NCBI GenBank assembly: GCA_043228905.1
Contig: JBHGNT010000005.1
Span: 16,368,001 to 16,432,000, forward strand
Origin: Azolla caroliniana
Taxonomy: Eukaryota; Plantae; Polypodiophyta
Length of the DNA: 64,000 nucleotides
Reading direction: 5' to 3'
The number at the start of each line of letters is the position of its first letter. Positions within the stretch are counted from its first letter, which is position 1. This document shows positions 51,227-63,749 of the stretch, piece by piece. A program made the translations under genes and the position numbers. Under the pieces are notes generated by a model. It worked only from the letters and a program-made list of their open reading frames with translations. It was not told the origin of the DNA and did not search any database.

Positions 51227-54200
51227 GTGGAAGGGTAAGAAGTTCGAATGGAGGCCGGAACATACCAAAGCCATGAAGAAGCTCAAGAAAACACTATGGA
51301 GGGCAGAAGCAGTTAAGAAATTGAACTATGACCGACCGATCATAGTAACGGTTGATACAAGTCCAATCGGGATCGGATGGGTCATCAACGAAGTTGACTC
51401 GGATGGTTCACGATATCCAATCCGATTCGGAGAAAAAGTTCTCAACAAAAGGCAACATGGATATGCACAAGTTAAAAGAGAATTATGGGGAGTCGTGTCG
51501 GCGATAAAATTAGATCGAGATTATTTGATCGGAGCCGAAGTCGTGATCGAAGCGGATTGTCTTCGAATACTCAGGATGATGCGGTGTTGTACGATACCGG
51601 ATATGGCTATGCTAAGATGGATTGCATATTTTAAGTCGCTTAATCCGGGGGTACGACACATCTCCGGAAAAAACAACACGGTAGCGGATATGCTGTCAAG
51701 GGCACGGTTCGGAGACAACATAACTGAATCCGATAATGAAGAAGTTTCCGAAAACTACCTTTAGAGCACATATGCCGGGTGAACGTAATCCGAGAATTTT
51801 AGGAAGCCGAATACGAGGGAGAAAGCTTGATGATCGGGAAGGTGCTACAAGAAATCGAGGAATCATCGGACAATATGGAGAAGAGATCCAAGATCTGAAG
51901 TAAGAAGCAGCAAGTCCAGAAGTTATTCTTGAACAATGGATTAATCTGGAGGGAGTTGAAAAGACCAGATGACATACCACTACGGGTAGTTAGAACAAAA
52001 GAGCAACGAAATCGGATAATGTCTGAATTTCACAAATCCGATTGGGATGGACATCAGGGAACATGGGAAAAATTTGCGGAGATCAAGCAAAAATATTGGT
52101 AGAAGAATATGTACAAAGATGTAGCGGAGTTCACGGGAAGCTGCGAGAAATGCCAAATCTACTCTGGAGTTCGACACCGAGATGAATTACATCCGACATT
52201 CTCACCGACAATCAATTTCAAATGGATGGTCGACATTGTGGCCATGCCAACCAGGATCGGACAAAAGAAGTACTTGGTATTAGCTCGGGAAGATCTGACG
52301 AACCAAGTAGAAGGTCAAGCGCTATGGAGGAAGACATGTTCTGCAGTATGCCAACTTCTCTTGGAAGAAGTGTTCTGCAGGTACGGGTGTGTAAGACAAG
52401 TGATTGCGGATCGGGGAGAACTTGACTATGATAAAGCTAGGGAATTCTTCGCCAAATATGGAGTATGGTTAACACTAACCATGACATACAATCCGGAAGC
52501 CAACACGAAGTTCGAACGAGGATATAGTCCAATCATTAAAGCACTTGCAAAAGCATGCGACGGAAGGGTGAAGAATTGACCGCAAATGCTTCTGTATGCA
52601 CTATGGGCAGATCGCACAATGCATAGTTCCGTGACCGACTATATGCCAATGGAACTTATGACCGGCCAAGCACCGGTAATGCCGGCGGAAACCGCAATTG
52701 CGACATGGACAGTGCTGCCGTGGAAGGAAGAGATGAGCCGGGAAGAACTACTAGTAGTACGGATACGACAACTAGAGAGAAGACCGGAAGACATAGTGGA
52801 AGCAATACACAGACAACAAGAAGCGCGGTTCCGGAACAAAAGGCTATTCGACACAAATCACCGCCTACGACCACGGAAGATTGAAGAAGGAGATTGGGTG
52901 ATAGTCTATGACAGTAGTTTGGATCATCAACATACAACGATCCGAAAATTCGTTAGAAGGTGGTTCAGACCATATGAAGTTCAGAAAGTTTTCGACAACG
53001 GAACCTATCAACTAAGTGAGTTCACTGGAATGGTACTACGGGTGTCTAAAGCGGGGAAACGAGTGAAGATTTTCAAGAAGCGAATTGACGACGAACCCTG
53101 CTTGACCTTAGACAAGACCGTCAATAGGAGCAATCAGACAAAGATCACGGTGGTGTAGAAAGCGATGAAAGTGAGTTGGATTTAATAATCGACATAGGGG
53201 AACAAACAAAGGGTGCTTTGGATGAAGAAGGGTAACATGCAAGTACCGAAAACATTGGCACATACTGGGGGATGTACAAGTTCGGAGGGGGTGAGTGTTG
53301 TAGTGTACTTTGTACACTACGTAAAATATGTGTGGAGTACCCGATTGACTAAGTATAAAGAAATAGGAGAAAATACTACAATAAATATGTTACATGCATA
53401 GGGCAAGGTTTGAACCTTGTACCTCATTGTTAATTATTTCAAGCCTTACCATTGTACTAGCACATTATAAGTTTTAAAGTTATACTAAAATTCCATATAA
53501 ATATTTTAGATAAGCATGATAGAAAAAGTTTTCATGTAGTGTGCATGAAAACTAAAGTTAGAAAAGGCATGATGCTTGCATGTGGTAAACCTAGACTCTT
53601 CCATCACTATATAAGGAAGAGAGAAAGATGTATCTTGTTGTTGATTTTTTTATAAGGGTTGATTAATATATTATATTCGTGGTATTCATGAATTTGCCAT
53701 CTATTTCTCTCTTGCAATCTAAATTCATATTCTTTCCTAAACATTAATTAATACACTATAGTCGTGGGATTCACAAGTTTCATATCTTTCTTTCTTATAA
53801 TCTATTCATATTCATAACTAAACTCGTCTCAAATTCTTTCTCCTCCTATTCCAAAAACCCCAGCGGTTCCCACCCTAAACCCTAAACGATTTGGCACCGA
53901 AAGGCACGACAACATCGATGTGCTTCGAAGTGTTGTGATGAACTGGGTTTTTCGATAGAGCGACAACACCCTGACTGTCGTTGTAGACCACTGGAGCCGA
54001 GTTGGAGTCAACTTGTCAAAATGTGTGCGCCAGTCGACCGAACCATAAAGCCTCTTTCGCCACATCGGACGCGATTGTGTATTCGACCTTGGTTGTTGAT
54101 GTGGTAGTGCACTCCTAATGTTTCGATTTCCACGAAATTGCTCCATTGCCGTATTTTAAGCAATATCCGGTTGTTGATTTTCGACTGTCCCCACAGCCAG

Positions 54201-55219
54201 CACAATTCGAGTTGGTGTATTCGACTACACCTGAAGTTTCATTTGGGCCGAATAGGATGCCATAGTCTTTTGTGCCCACTAGATATCTGAACACATGCTT
54301 TATTGTGTTCCAATGTGATCGACCAAGGTTGTGCATGAATTTGGTGACTACTCCGATGGCATGAGCAATGTCAGGACGTGTCGCAACCATTGCGTACATC
54401 AAGGAGCCGACTGTCGGTGAATACGGTACCAACTTCATAATTTCGGTGAATGCGGACCGGATGTCGGACACTCTCATTTAGAGAGCCGAAGGTTAATGGG
54501 GAGCAGGGTCGAAGCAGGTTTGGTCCATTACATGTTGAAGCGCTCTAAGACACATATGATGTAGTCATCTTGAGACAAGAATAATTGTCGTTGATTCTGG
54601 AGCCGACTAATCTTCATATCGAGAATGTGTCGAGCAAGACCTAAGTCCTTCATTGCAAACTTCAACCACAGTTGCCAAACAAGATCGAAAAGCTCTCCAG
54701 CATGACCTCATCGCTTTTAGAGAAGCTGACCAATTGGATAAAGTCATTGAACTTCTTGTACCACTACCTTGGTGCCTGCTTGAGACCATAGAGACTCTTC
54801 TTGAGTCGGCAGACTAGATGTTCCTGGCCAGATACTACAAAGCCTTTTGGCTGCTCCATATAAATTTCCTCCTCTAGGTCACCATGTAAGAATGCCATTT
54901 TTACATCTAGCTGAATCAACTACAAATCTTTGGTTGCCACTACGTTGAGCATAAATCGAAGGGTTGTCATTTTCACCATTGGTGAAAAGATCTCGTCGAA
55001 ATCGACGTTATATTCTTGTCGAAAACCCTTCATGATTAACCTGGCCTTGTACTTTGGGGCGGCTGAATCAGACGTCTCTTTGATTCGATAGACCCATTTG
55101 CATGGAAGAGCACGTCGATTCTTTGGCAATTCAACCAAGTACCAAGTCTTGTTTGCCCGAATGGAGTTCATTTCTGACTCCATCGCCAAATGCAGCGTGG
55201 CCGAATCGGTTGATGCCAA

Positions 55220-55316
55220 TGTTGAGGAGTGAATCCGTCAATGCGGAAACATCAACAACACTTTGATATGAAGTTCACCGAGTACACAAGTCGAAGGCAA
55301 AATCAGAGAACAGAAT

Positions 55317-55367
<51 letters not shown>

Positions 55368-56478
55368 GCACACACTATAACCGTTTATTCAGAATATTTA
55401 CAATGGAGGCAACGACTCTCTCACAAAATAGCAACAACAACAAACTAGGTTGCAAAGCCCATTATATACTAATTGGGCTAGAGCAATTGCCTTTTGACAT
55501 ATTTACAGAATTGTCCTAAATCTAGTTTGTCCAAGATACAATGTGAATACGGCCATTATAGACCAGTATTCGACACTCCCCCGTAATGGGCGTATACAAC
55601 GGAAATTTGTAATAAAGGAAGCAAGTAGACAATACATATTTTTACAAGGTTGTCAAACAAACCAGATTTCTATTCGAGTCGGCAAACTCCAAAAAAACAA
55701 GAGGCCGAATTGGTCGGGGTCGGAGGAGTTGAGACCAAACCGCGAACTGTTGATGATGATTGTTCGAAACCATCCCGAGTGTCCGACTCAATCAGACTGA
55801 TTCTTCATTACGCCCATTAAATGCCGAAGAGATGGAAATCGATCCGCCGTAAGACACTTGGTCATCCCGTCTGTGACATTATCGGATGTAGGTATCTTCT
55901 CAAGGCCGATTTTCCTTGAAATGACGTAGTCCTGAACAAAGTGATATCTAACATCGATATGCTTGGAGGTGTTGTGATGAACATGATTTTTCGAAAGAGC
56001 AACAACACCCTAATTGTCATTGTAGATCACTGGAGTTGAGTCAGAGTTGAATTGTTGAAACATGTGCACTAGCCGACGAAGCCATAAAATCTGTTTCGCC
56101 GCATCAAACGCGGCTACGTATTCGGCCTTGGTTATTGATGTGGTAGTGCACCAGAAGTTTTGTTTCCACGAAATTGCTCCATTGCCGAATTTGAAGTAGT
56201 ATCCGGTTGTTGATTTTCAGTTGTCCACACAACCAACGAAATCTGAGTCGGTGTAACCGACTAGACCTGAATTTTTGTTCAGACCAAAGAGGATCCCAAG
56301 GTCTTGTGTGCCCACCAGGTATCTGAATACATGCGACACTACATTCCAATGCGATCGGCCTGGGTTGTGCATGAATCTGCTGACGACTCCTATGACATGA
56401 GCAATATTAGGCCATGTCGCGACCATCGCATATATCAAGGAGCCGACTGCTAGTGAATATGGTACTAACTTCATGGCT
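55220..56478 (-). mobile_element. Ty1/Copia element H2 (3' LTR 55220-55575 plus RH/RT end), inserted in H1 and truncated
   Basis: LTR and internal sequence are diverged homologs of H1; PPT at 55576. Confidence 0.88.
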
Positions 56479-56479
56479 T

Positions 56480-56600
56480 TATTTGCCCACTACTCCAATA
56501 TTTCTTGGGGATAAATACCGATATAATGGATCTTTGGCATGATAGATTAGGTCATCCTGGCCATACAATGATTAGCAGAATGATCAATAATGTTCAAGAT
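56480..56600 (+). pseudogene. Copia (Bianca-like) GAG-pre-integrase fragment
   Basis: MDLWHDRLGHPGHTMISRMINN. Confidence 0.75.
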
Positions 56601-56679
56601 CGACCTTTAAAGTTGAAATACTTGAATCAAGTTAAAACTCATTTTTGTTGTTATAGGTTTTAGGGTTAGGGTTAATATT

Positions 56680-59600
56680 TATGATAATGAGGACGATTGA
56701 TGATGATGATAGACATGGGGTAACAATGAAGATGATGAATGTTATGATGGTGAGAGAGATCATGAAGATGTTGACAAGCATTGAGGGGTGGGGGGTGGTG
56801 CCTAAAGTGGCTACACCCCCCTCCCAAGGGGTTCAACGTGAGAGAAAGAAAGATATATTAACGTCTTCTAAGGCCAAATTTGGTCCATGAGACAAATGGT
56901 TTGTACAACAAAAAATGGGATATTTACCCATTCATCGAGAGTAATAAATAAATAAAAATAAGATAAAATAGAGTTTAAGCTAAATACTTCTAGTAAAATA
57001 ATAAACATGTTCTATATAAAAATCATGTTCTACAATGAAAATGTTATACTAGGCCTAATTTCATTTCCACCCAAGTCTCTCGAAGAGAAGCGGGAGGTCA
57101 AAGGGTTGTGATGTGGGTGTGGCCCGTGATGTCAATGTAAAAGGTACCCCAACCATAGCTTCTAGTCAACGTAGCTCACGTTCTCTTATCTTCTTAATCT
57201 TTTCTACTCCACGCTGACTTGTTTTGAAGCCCAACATCTGAGGGCGTTTAATTGTTCTTTGCATTTTTGCTTCCTCAAGAGAGAGGCCGAGCGGCGTAAG
57301 TGTATCCACATACATCGTATCCCCTTGTTCTTGAAAATTTACACTAGTTACATGTTGATGAATAGTAAAAGGGTTATGGTTAACACTTTGTAATTTCTTC
57401 TCCCTATGTTGTTTTAGCTCTAAAATATACCTACCTAGTCTCTTTACACTCGGGGTATCTAATAGTTTGGAGAGGGTGGGAGAGGTTCCTAATATGTCTT
57501 GGTATTCCGCCCGTATCTTAGCATAAGTTGGGCACTTGCATGTGAAGTGATGCTCATCCTCTATCTCTATGTGGCATAACCTACATAGCCTTTCCTCTCT
57601 AGGGACTCTATTAGCCCGACCATTCTCAATCTCAAGTTGGTGAGATGATATCCTAAGTTTTCCAATGGCCACCCTTAGTGCATTTGATAAGAATGTATCT
57701 AGATATCTTGGTCGTGTAATAAAACCTAACTTAGAGAAGTGCAAGAAGTGTTTCTTATAGTACAAAATTTTAGATGGGAGTGGCTCTCATGGGATGATCC
57801 ATTTATATCGAGTGTAAATTTGCCATATTTCTTGGCGTATCACTTTATTACTATCTTCATGAGAGAGAGTTTGATCAGTCCCATCGTTGTACTTAAGGGG
57901 GGGTAGGTTATTAATATCTATGCCATTTGCAAGTAACCAACTCACCACAGTGCTATACCAAAAGCTAGTGTCTCTAGATGCATGTAGGGATCGAGATGCC
58001 TCAAAGGCTCAACGAGATATCCTATCTTGTGGTTGGTTATGTATCCGATGGATAAAAACTACCACTTGAAAGAGTGCTTCTACTAACATCGGGGATACAC
58101 TGAACTCTGCTCTAATAATGTCATGTGGTACTGTCGATTTGCTTCGGAGTTGACATGATAACATCCTCACCAAAGGTCTCTCTAATTGCGTCCACATGAA
58201 AGATGGTAGACCCAGAGCCCATACTACTGATGCATACTTGAGGGAAGGGGTCACAATGAGTCGAACAACCATCCCTTGGTCCGTGGCTCTTGAAAGTATG
58301 CTTGGTGGCATTGTCTCTCTAAGAGTGAGAGGGATGCATACCCTCTCGTTAGCCTATATTTGGCTACATGGGTCATCGAGAATTTACCTGAGCGAGCACT
58401 AAAAGTGACTCCCAAGTATACATATGATCCAACTACCTCAACTAATTTATGAGAGAGGGTTAAGTGACATTTACTCCTAACTCAGGACGATGTATGAAAG
58501 ATAAGGACTTTAGTTTTCGCTAGATTCACTACTAGTCCTCATTCTGTACAAAAGTCATCTAGGGCATTAAGATGCTTTTGTAGGTCGTGTTCTGACTCCG
58601 AGAGCAAGCCAATGTCGTCTGTGTAAAGTAAGAGGCTAACTTGCGTATCCCCAATAGCTACTCCCTTGCCTCCCTTATGAGCAAGAAATTCCGTGATCTC
58701 ATCAATGTAGATCCCAAAAGAGTCGGTGATAGGGAGCAACCCTGTTTCACACCAATGGTGCTAGTGAAACAGTCGGATAGGCCACCTGGCATCTTACACA
58801 CCCAGAGACTTGCTCATATAGGGCATAAATGGCCCAGATCATATCATTTGGTATCTCCAAGCTCTTAAGTCTACCAAAAAACCTCTCCCTAGGAACTGTG
58901 TCAAAGGCTTTACAGAAGTCCACAAACAAACAATATAGTTTCTTCTTACGAGCCTTCATCTGGTCAATTAAGCACCTAAGTGTGAATATATGGTCAATGG
59001 TGGAGAATGCTTGTCTAAAGCCAACCTGATTAGGTGCTCGAAGACTTAATGTTTCCATATAATCGTTGAGCTCCACTTCCATTACTGCACCATATAGGTT
59101 AGCGAGTGTATGGCCTATCATAATGGTCCTATATGTATTTGGGTCCATTGGGTCCGCTTCTTTATGTATAGGGGCCACTGTGTTCATGGCCCATTGTGGT
59201 GGAAAACCCTAAGTCACACGTCCGTCTCGGTAAAAAGCACGGTGCCCCTCTTTACGAACTTGTATGAGTTGCGACATACAAGTTTTACGTTGCTCAATTT
59301 GCATCGTGGTCAAGTCTTCATCGAGGTAGATAGGGTCCCCACCCAATACTTGAAGAATTGGTCTCTTTTTAGAAAAGGTGATTCTAGATTCTGAGTCCTT
59401 AACTTGAAGGACTAAAGCTCTTTTCCTAGTGGTGTCACATCCTACCCTTCATGTTTTAGTGATCGGTAAGGCTTCGTACCCCAACATCTTCCCTAATGTT
59501 TGTGCATCTTCGTCGGGAGATGCCCCTTCCTTGAGCCCAGTAACTCTTACGTTTAGGCGTCGAGCTTGACGCATTTTTTCCTCCTCAAGGGTGGTGTTTA

Positions 59601-60095
59601 CAATATTTTCATCCTTTAGTTCCTTTTTAATATTACGTTTTACTACATCAACCCACCCAATTTTTGCTAATTCCAAATCGCTTTTAACCTCTTCCTTAAC
59701 CTTTTTTATCTCGTCCTTAATATCCTCTAGGGAAGATATTTCACCATCCTCCATAGATGTCTCAAGGTCCTTAACTTGTTTTGGAAGGTTTGCATTATCT
59801 ACTTTAAGTTTCGTTATTTCAGCAATAAGTTGTTCTTTTTCTTCATTATCCTTTTGTTTTTCGGCTTCAATCTCTTTCGCCCATTTTTCTATTTTAATTA
59901 AACGGTTAAGGACGTCTAAAAATTCATCCTTACTTATACTTTCTTCGTGTGTTCCCTTATGATTTCGTCTAGAAGTCATGTTGTAATTCAAAAGATAAAA
60001 GAAAGAAAAGACAAAAAGGACAGAAAAACATAGCCGAGCATCGACGTCTTGCGCGCTAGGTTCACAAGAGATTTCTAACCTGGTCCTTTCATTTA
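56680..60095 (-). mobile_element. Non-LTR retrotransposon (LINE), RTE-X-like; ORF1 about 59230-59980, ORF2 remnants 57061-59200, endonuclease deleted
   Basis: ORF1 coiled coil plus RRLNVRVTGLKE. RT motifs (YRTIMIG, QVGFR, FVDFCKAFDTV, LLYTDD). C-terminal IENGR..PREERLCRLC..EDEHHF..CPTY. Degenerate (CAT)n tail. Confidence 0.85.
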
Positions 60096-60481
60096 AATGA
60101 TTCTTCTCCTTGTTTTGTTGCTGCTGAAATCCCATTGAACTTTGATACCACTTGTTGATATTGACAGTGTCTTGGTCGGTTGATGTATGATGAGATGTAG
60201 GCTGACTGATGTGGAAGTGTGTATCGATCTTGTTTGTGGAGTTAGCAAGAAAGTAACAATGGAGGTATAGTGCACTATTCTTGTATATGTTAAGATATAC
60301 ACAGAGAGAAAGACAAGAAGACAGTTACATAGTGTTAGCTCAAGAGACTATCTTACATTACCACCCAACTGTTTTACAATACACAATCTCTCACATATAT
60401 AGTTAGGGTAACTTAGCTCTAATTGTGAGAGCATGTTCACAGTAGGGCAGAAATGGGTAGCATGGGACTTTTAGCCCAACA
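60096..60481 (-). mobile_element. 5' LTR (60153-60481), iMet PBS and gag start of an LTR element cut by the LINE
   Basis: TGTTG...CAACA ends; TGGTATCAAAG at 60140-60150; ATG at 60135. Confidence 0.75.
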
Positions 60482-60499
60482 GTTGATACCTCCAACGTA

Positions 60500-61050
60500 T
60501 ACAACCATTAACCATGCAGAATACATTAATCCTTTCTCATCTCTTCTTAAAAACCCCTTGCTTTCGAAAGACTACATTTGTATCACCCTCGATAGCACCA
60601 TATTCTCCTTTTAGTGTACGCACTAAGGTAAGCCAGATCTCCTTGACTACATCCACAACATTCCATTGAATTTGTTGAAATATCCTTCGACATCTACTAG
60701 TTCACAAAACCGATACGGTTATTGAACTAATCGTCTCCCAAACCACCCCATTCTGTACTGAATTAATAGGCATACATGGCAAGACTTCCTCAACATATCG
60801 ACCTCTTGTATATAATGCAAAGTTAACCGTTTCTTTTTCATAATCTTGTACCTCACCCTTAATATTAACCCATATCATTGCCCCCCATTTATATACTCTA
60901 GAACCATAGACCTCATGCAAGAGACATAAAAGCCTTTTCCAAACTAATTTAGCATCCATACATGACCAGAATAGGTGATGAAGAAAATCCATCTCTAATC
61001 CACAAGAATAAGACATCTTATCTACATCTCTAATCCTCATTGCTTGTGCT
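60500..61050 (-). mobile_element. L1-type LINE ORF2 C-terminal (zf-RVT) fragment
   Basis: C...E...HHLFWSCMDAKLVW and downstream Trp pattern. Confidence 0.7.
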
Positions 61051-62081
61051 CAAATCATAATGCTCTTTACAGATAAACGTGATGACATGGACAAAATGGA
61101 CGCACCAAATTTTAGTTGATCCGGCTTTATGTTGTGCTTGTCCCCCAACACTTCCCTTCAAGCTCAATTTGAGGTTCCTCCTGTTTGCTTCAGCTCCTCC
61201 TGCTAGCTCGCATCCTTGCTCGCGCTCCTCGACCTGTGTGGTTGGCTTGTCTGCTCCTTTGGCCCGCGTCAGCCTTCATCACACCCTTTTTGAAACAGGT
61301 GATAAATCGTGTTCTCTTTTTTACTTTTGGGGAGATGTTAACAAATGACTCATTTTAGCACAATTTTACGATGGTATGACACATGCATACATGGTTTCTT
61401 AAAACATACCAAAATTCTCAACTAATTATTTTCATGACAAGAAAGTCAATACTTTCATATTCCACCTCTCATGTTCTTTTATCCAATTTGGAGATAAGGA
61501 ATGGAATTCCATGTAAGCTTAACTGTATTAACCCCGATTTTACAAATTATGAAAATGGTACCCCATTGAACAAATTTTACAATGCGTAATTTATGTCTAT
61601 TTATATAGAATGTGCCTCTTAGTATTAAATGCAATCCACTCTGTTATTGATTTGTCTCAAAATGTAGACCACTGTTCTCAACTTGTTGTCATGCTAAGAA
61701 CTTTTTTTAAGAAACAACCTATTGTAACTTTGTTTCAGACCAAGATGCATTACCATGGAAGTAGGGACCATTGGCAGTCCACATATTTGGTTTTTTATTT
61801 GCATTTTTAAATTATGTTTGGAGTTTGTGGTTACATGGAAAGATTGAATAATTCCCATAAAATGAGAATTTCTTAGCAGAAAAACGTGGTGAAAACTACA
61901 GAAAATGGAGGTCTAACTACATAGAAAGCTAGGGGAAATTTTGTATATTTTTAAATTTGATGCAAACCCAACACTTACAACAAGAATCCATTGCATTGCA
62001 TCAGATACTAGATGTATAGAGTATAATCCGATGCAATGCATTGTGGTTCTAAGTCATGCTTCTTGTTTGTCTTTGTGTTGT

Positions 62082-63745
62082 TGTCATAGACAGGATGCCA
62101 CATGGAATGGTGGGGGTTGAACCCATGACCTTCTGGTCTTATTGGCAACCTTACCAATTGAGCTACATCTATCGATGCATTATTGTATTGTGTAAGACTC
62201 AACTTATTTCATTATAGATTGATCACTAGAACTTTCAAGAACCTTCTAGAGAATGCATCTTCATGCACTCTCTAGAAGTTTCCATGCACTCTCTAGAAGA
62301 AGTCTTCTAGCTTTCATGCATATACCTCCACACTCTTGTATAAATATTGGGGTGCACCTTGATTACAATCAAGGTGAACAACACCAGTTACGAAAGCATA
62401 TATAGTTCTTGTTTATTTTTCTATCCTCTCTCTTGTTTGTTCTATTGTCTATGCTCTCTCTCCCGTTATCTCTTAATATTGAGCCTTGTCTACTTGTCCT
62501 TGACAATCTTGTGATCTTGCTTATGCTCTCGCTCTCTCTTAGTACTTAGCCTCATTCCACCCGTTCGTGAAAGTTTGTTCACCTTCTCAATTTCTAAGCC
62601 TCAACATGTCGGACCTTATCGAGAAAATAAATCACCTCATGGAAGCCATGGATCAACTTCAACTTGAGAATGACAACCTTCGAGAATCGTTACGGAAGCT
62701 TCAAGTTGGAACACCGATGGAACTCGAAGAAAAAAACAACTCTCCTCCTACATCAACAAATGTTCTACCTATAGAGCCTGGTTCCTCGTTTAGGCTTTCT
62801 CCGACTCCTTCCCATCACACTACAAGTATGGAGCCCAATATTAGTTTACCTGACAAGTTCGATGGCACGAGGAAGCACTTCCGAGGGTTCATAAATCAGA
62901 TCAAGCTTATTATCCAACTACAGCCTCAACGGTATGCAGATGATTTTCGTCAAGGGTGCTTCACGAGTGTCACGATGATCCACTTGTTGGTCATTTTGGC
63001 ATTGCGAAAACCTTGATGTTGATATCTCGGGGATATTGGTGGCCACAACCATGGAAATTGGTCAAAGAGTTCGTTAAGTCATGCGACGTTTGTGCTCGCT
63101 CTAAAGCATCTCATTATTGACCATATGGTCTCCTTCGCCCTCTCCCAGTCCCAAATGGCCTTGGGCCTCTCTTTCCATGGATTTCATCACTGACCTTCCC
63201 TTTGTTGGTGGTTATGACTCGGTATTCGTCATAGTCGATCGCTTCACCAAGATGGCTCATTTTGCTCCATGTGCCAAAACCATTACCGGAAAGGAGACAA
63301 CCGATTTGTTTTTCAAAAATGTGGTTCAACTACATGGACTCCCGAACGATATCACTTCTGATCAAGGACCACAATTTGTTTCCAATTTCTGGCGGCGCCT
63401 TTTGCAAACCTTCGGTTGTACTGTGAATCTATCTTCCGCTTATCATCCGCAAACCGATGGACAAACGAAGCGGGTTAAGCAAATCTTGGAACAATACTTG
63501 TGGTGCTCTCTTAGTTACCCGACTAGGTTGACCTTCTCCCACTTTCCGAGTTCGCCTACAACAACTCTCTACATGCATCTACGGGAGTTACTCCATTTTT
63601 CGCCAACTACAGTCTCCACCCCCGCTTCAACATTTCGCTTCCCTCTGACTCTGTCAATCCTTCTGCGGAGGACCAGGCACATCTCTTGGAGGATGTACAT
63701 CCTTTCCTTGGACATCACCCTTGCTGGCGAACTCTACAAGGAGCA
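62082..63745 (+). mobile_element. Tcn1/Tf-like Gypsy element, internally deleted (LTR 62082-62505, gag fused to integrase)
   Basis: gag EPNISLPDKFDGTRKHFRGFINQ joins at about 62950 to HECHDDPLVGHFG..CDVC, SMDFITDLP, VIVDRFTK, AYHPQTDGQT. Confidence 0.85.
62105..62170 (-). other. tRNA-like Pol III A-box/B-box cassette inside an LTR
   Basis: TAGCTCAATTGG ... AGGTCATGGGTTCAACCCCCAC with tRNA-like spacing and T-arm; anticodon arm shortened. Confidence 0.75.
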
Positions 63746-63749
63746 ACCA

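Larger units (their letters stand above)
43772..53911 (+). mobile_element. Ty3/Gypsy element D, tRNA-Trp primed, 4-bp TSD, no chromodomain
   Basis: LTRs 43772-44449 and 53296-53911. TSD ACGT/ACAT. PBS TGGTGAACTCGACGTGA 44455-44471. PPT 53284-53295. gag, partial PR, RT (SFLDD), RH (VDTS), INT (IADRGE). Confidence 0.94.
43102..55219 (-). mobile_element. Ty1/Copia element H1 (3' LTR 43102-43393; segments 43394-43771 and 53912-55219), interrupted by D
   Basis: PPT next to the LTR; RH sequence joins across D (KHIDVRYHFVRD); RT ORFs 54115-54477 and 54920-55219. Confidence 0.9.

Noticed and set aside
43102-55575. LTRs at 43102 and 55220 as the pair of one element
   Set aside because: Both are followed by a PPT and RNase H (both are 3' LTRs), they are clearly diverged, and there is no PBS or TSD.
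37181-60481. LTR at 60153-60481 as the 5' LTR of Bianca element F
   Set aside because: No similarity to 37181-37453 beyond the termini, and flanks do not form a TSD.
62105-62170. Functional tRNA gene
   Set aside because: No complete acceptor stem or anticodon arm, and it lies inside an LTR; kept only as a tRNA-like cassette.
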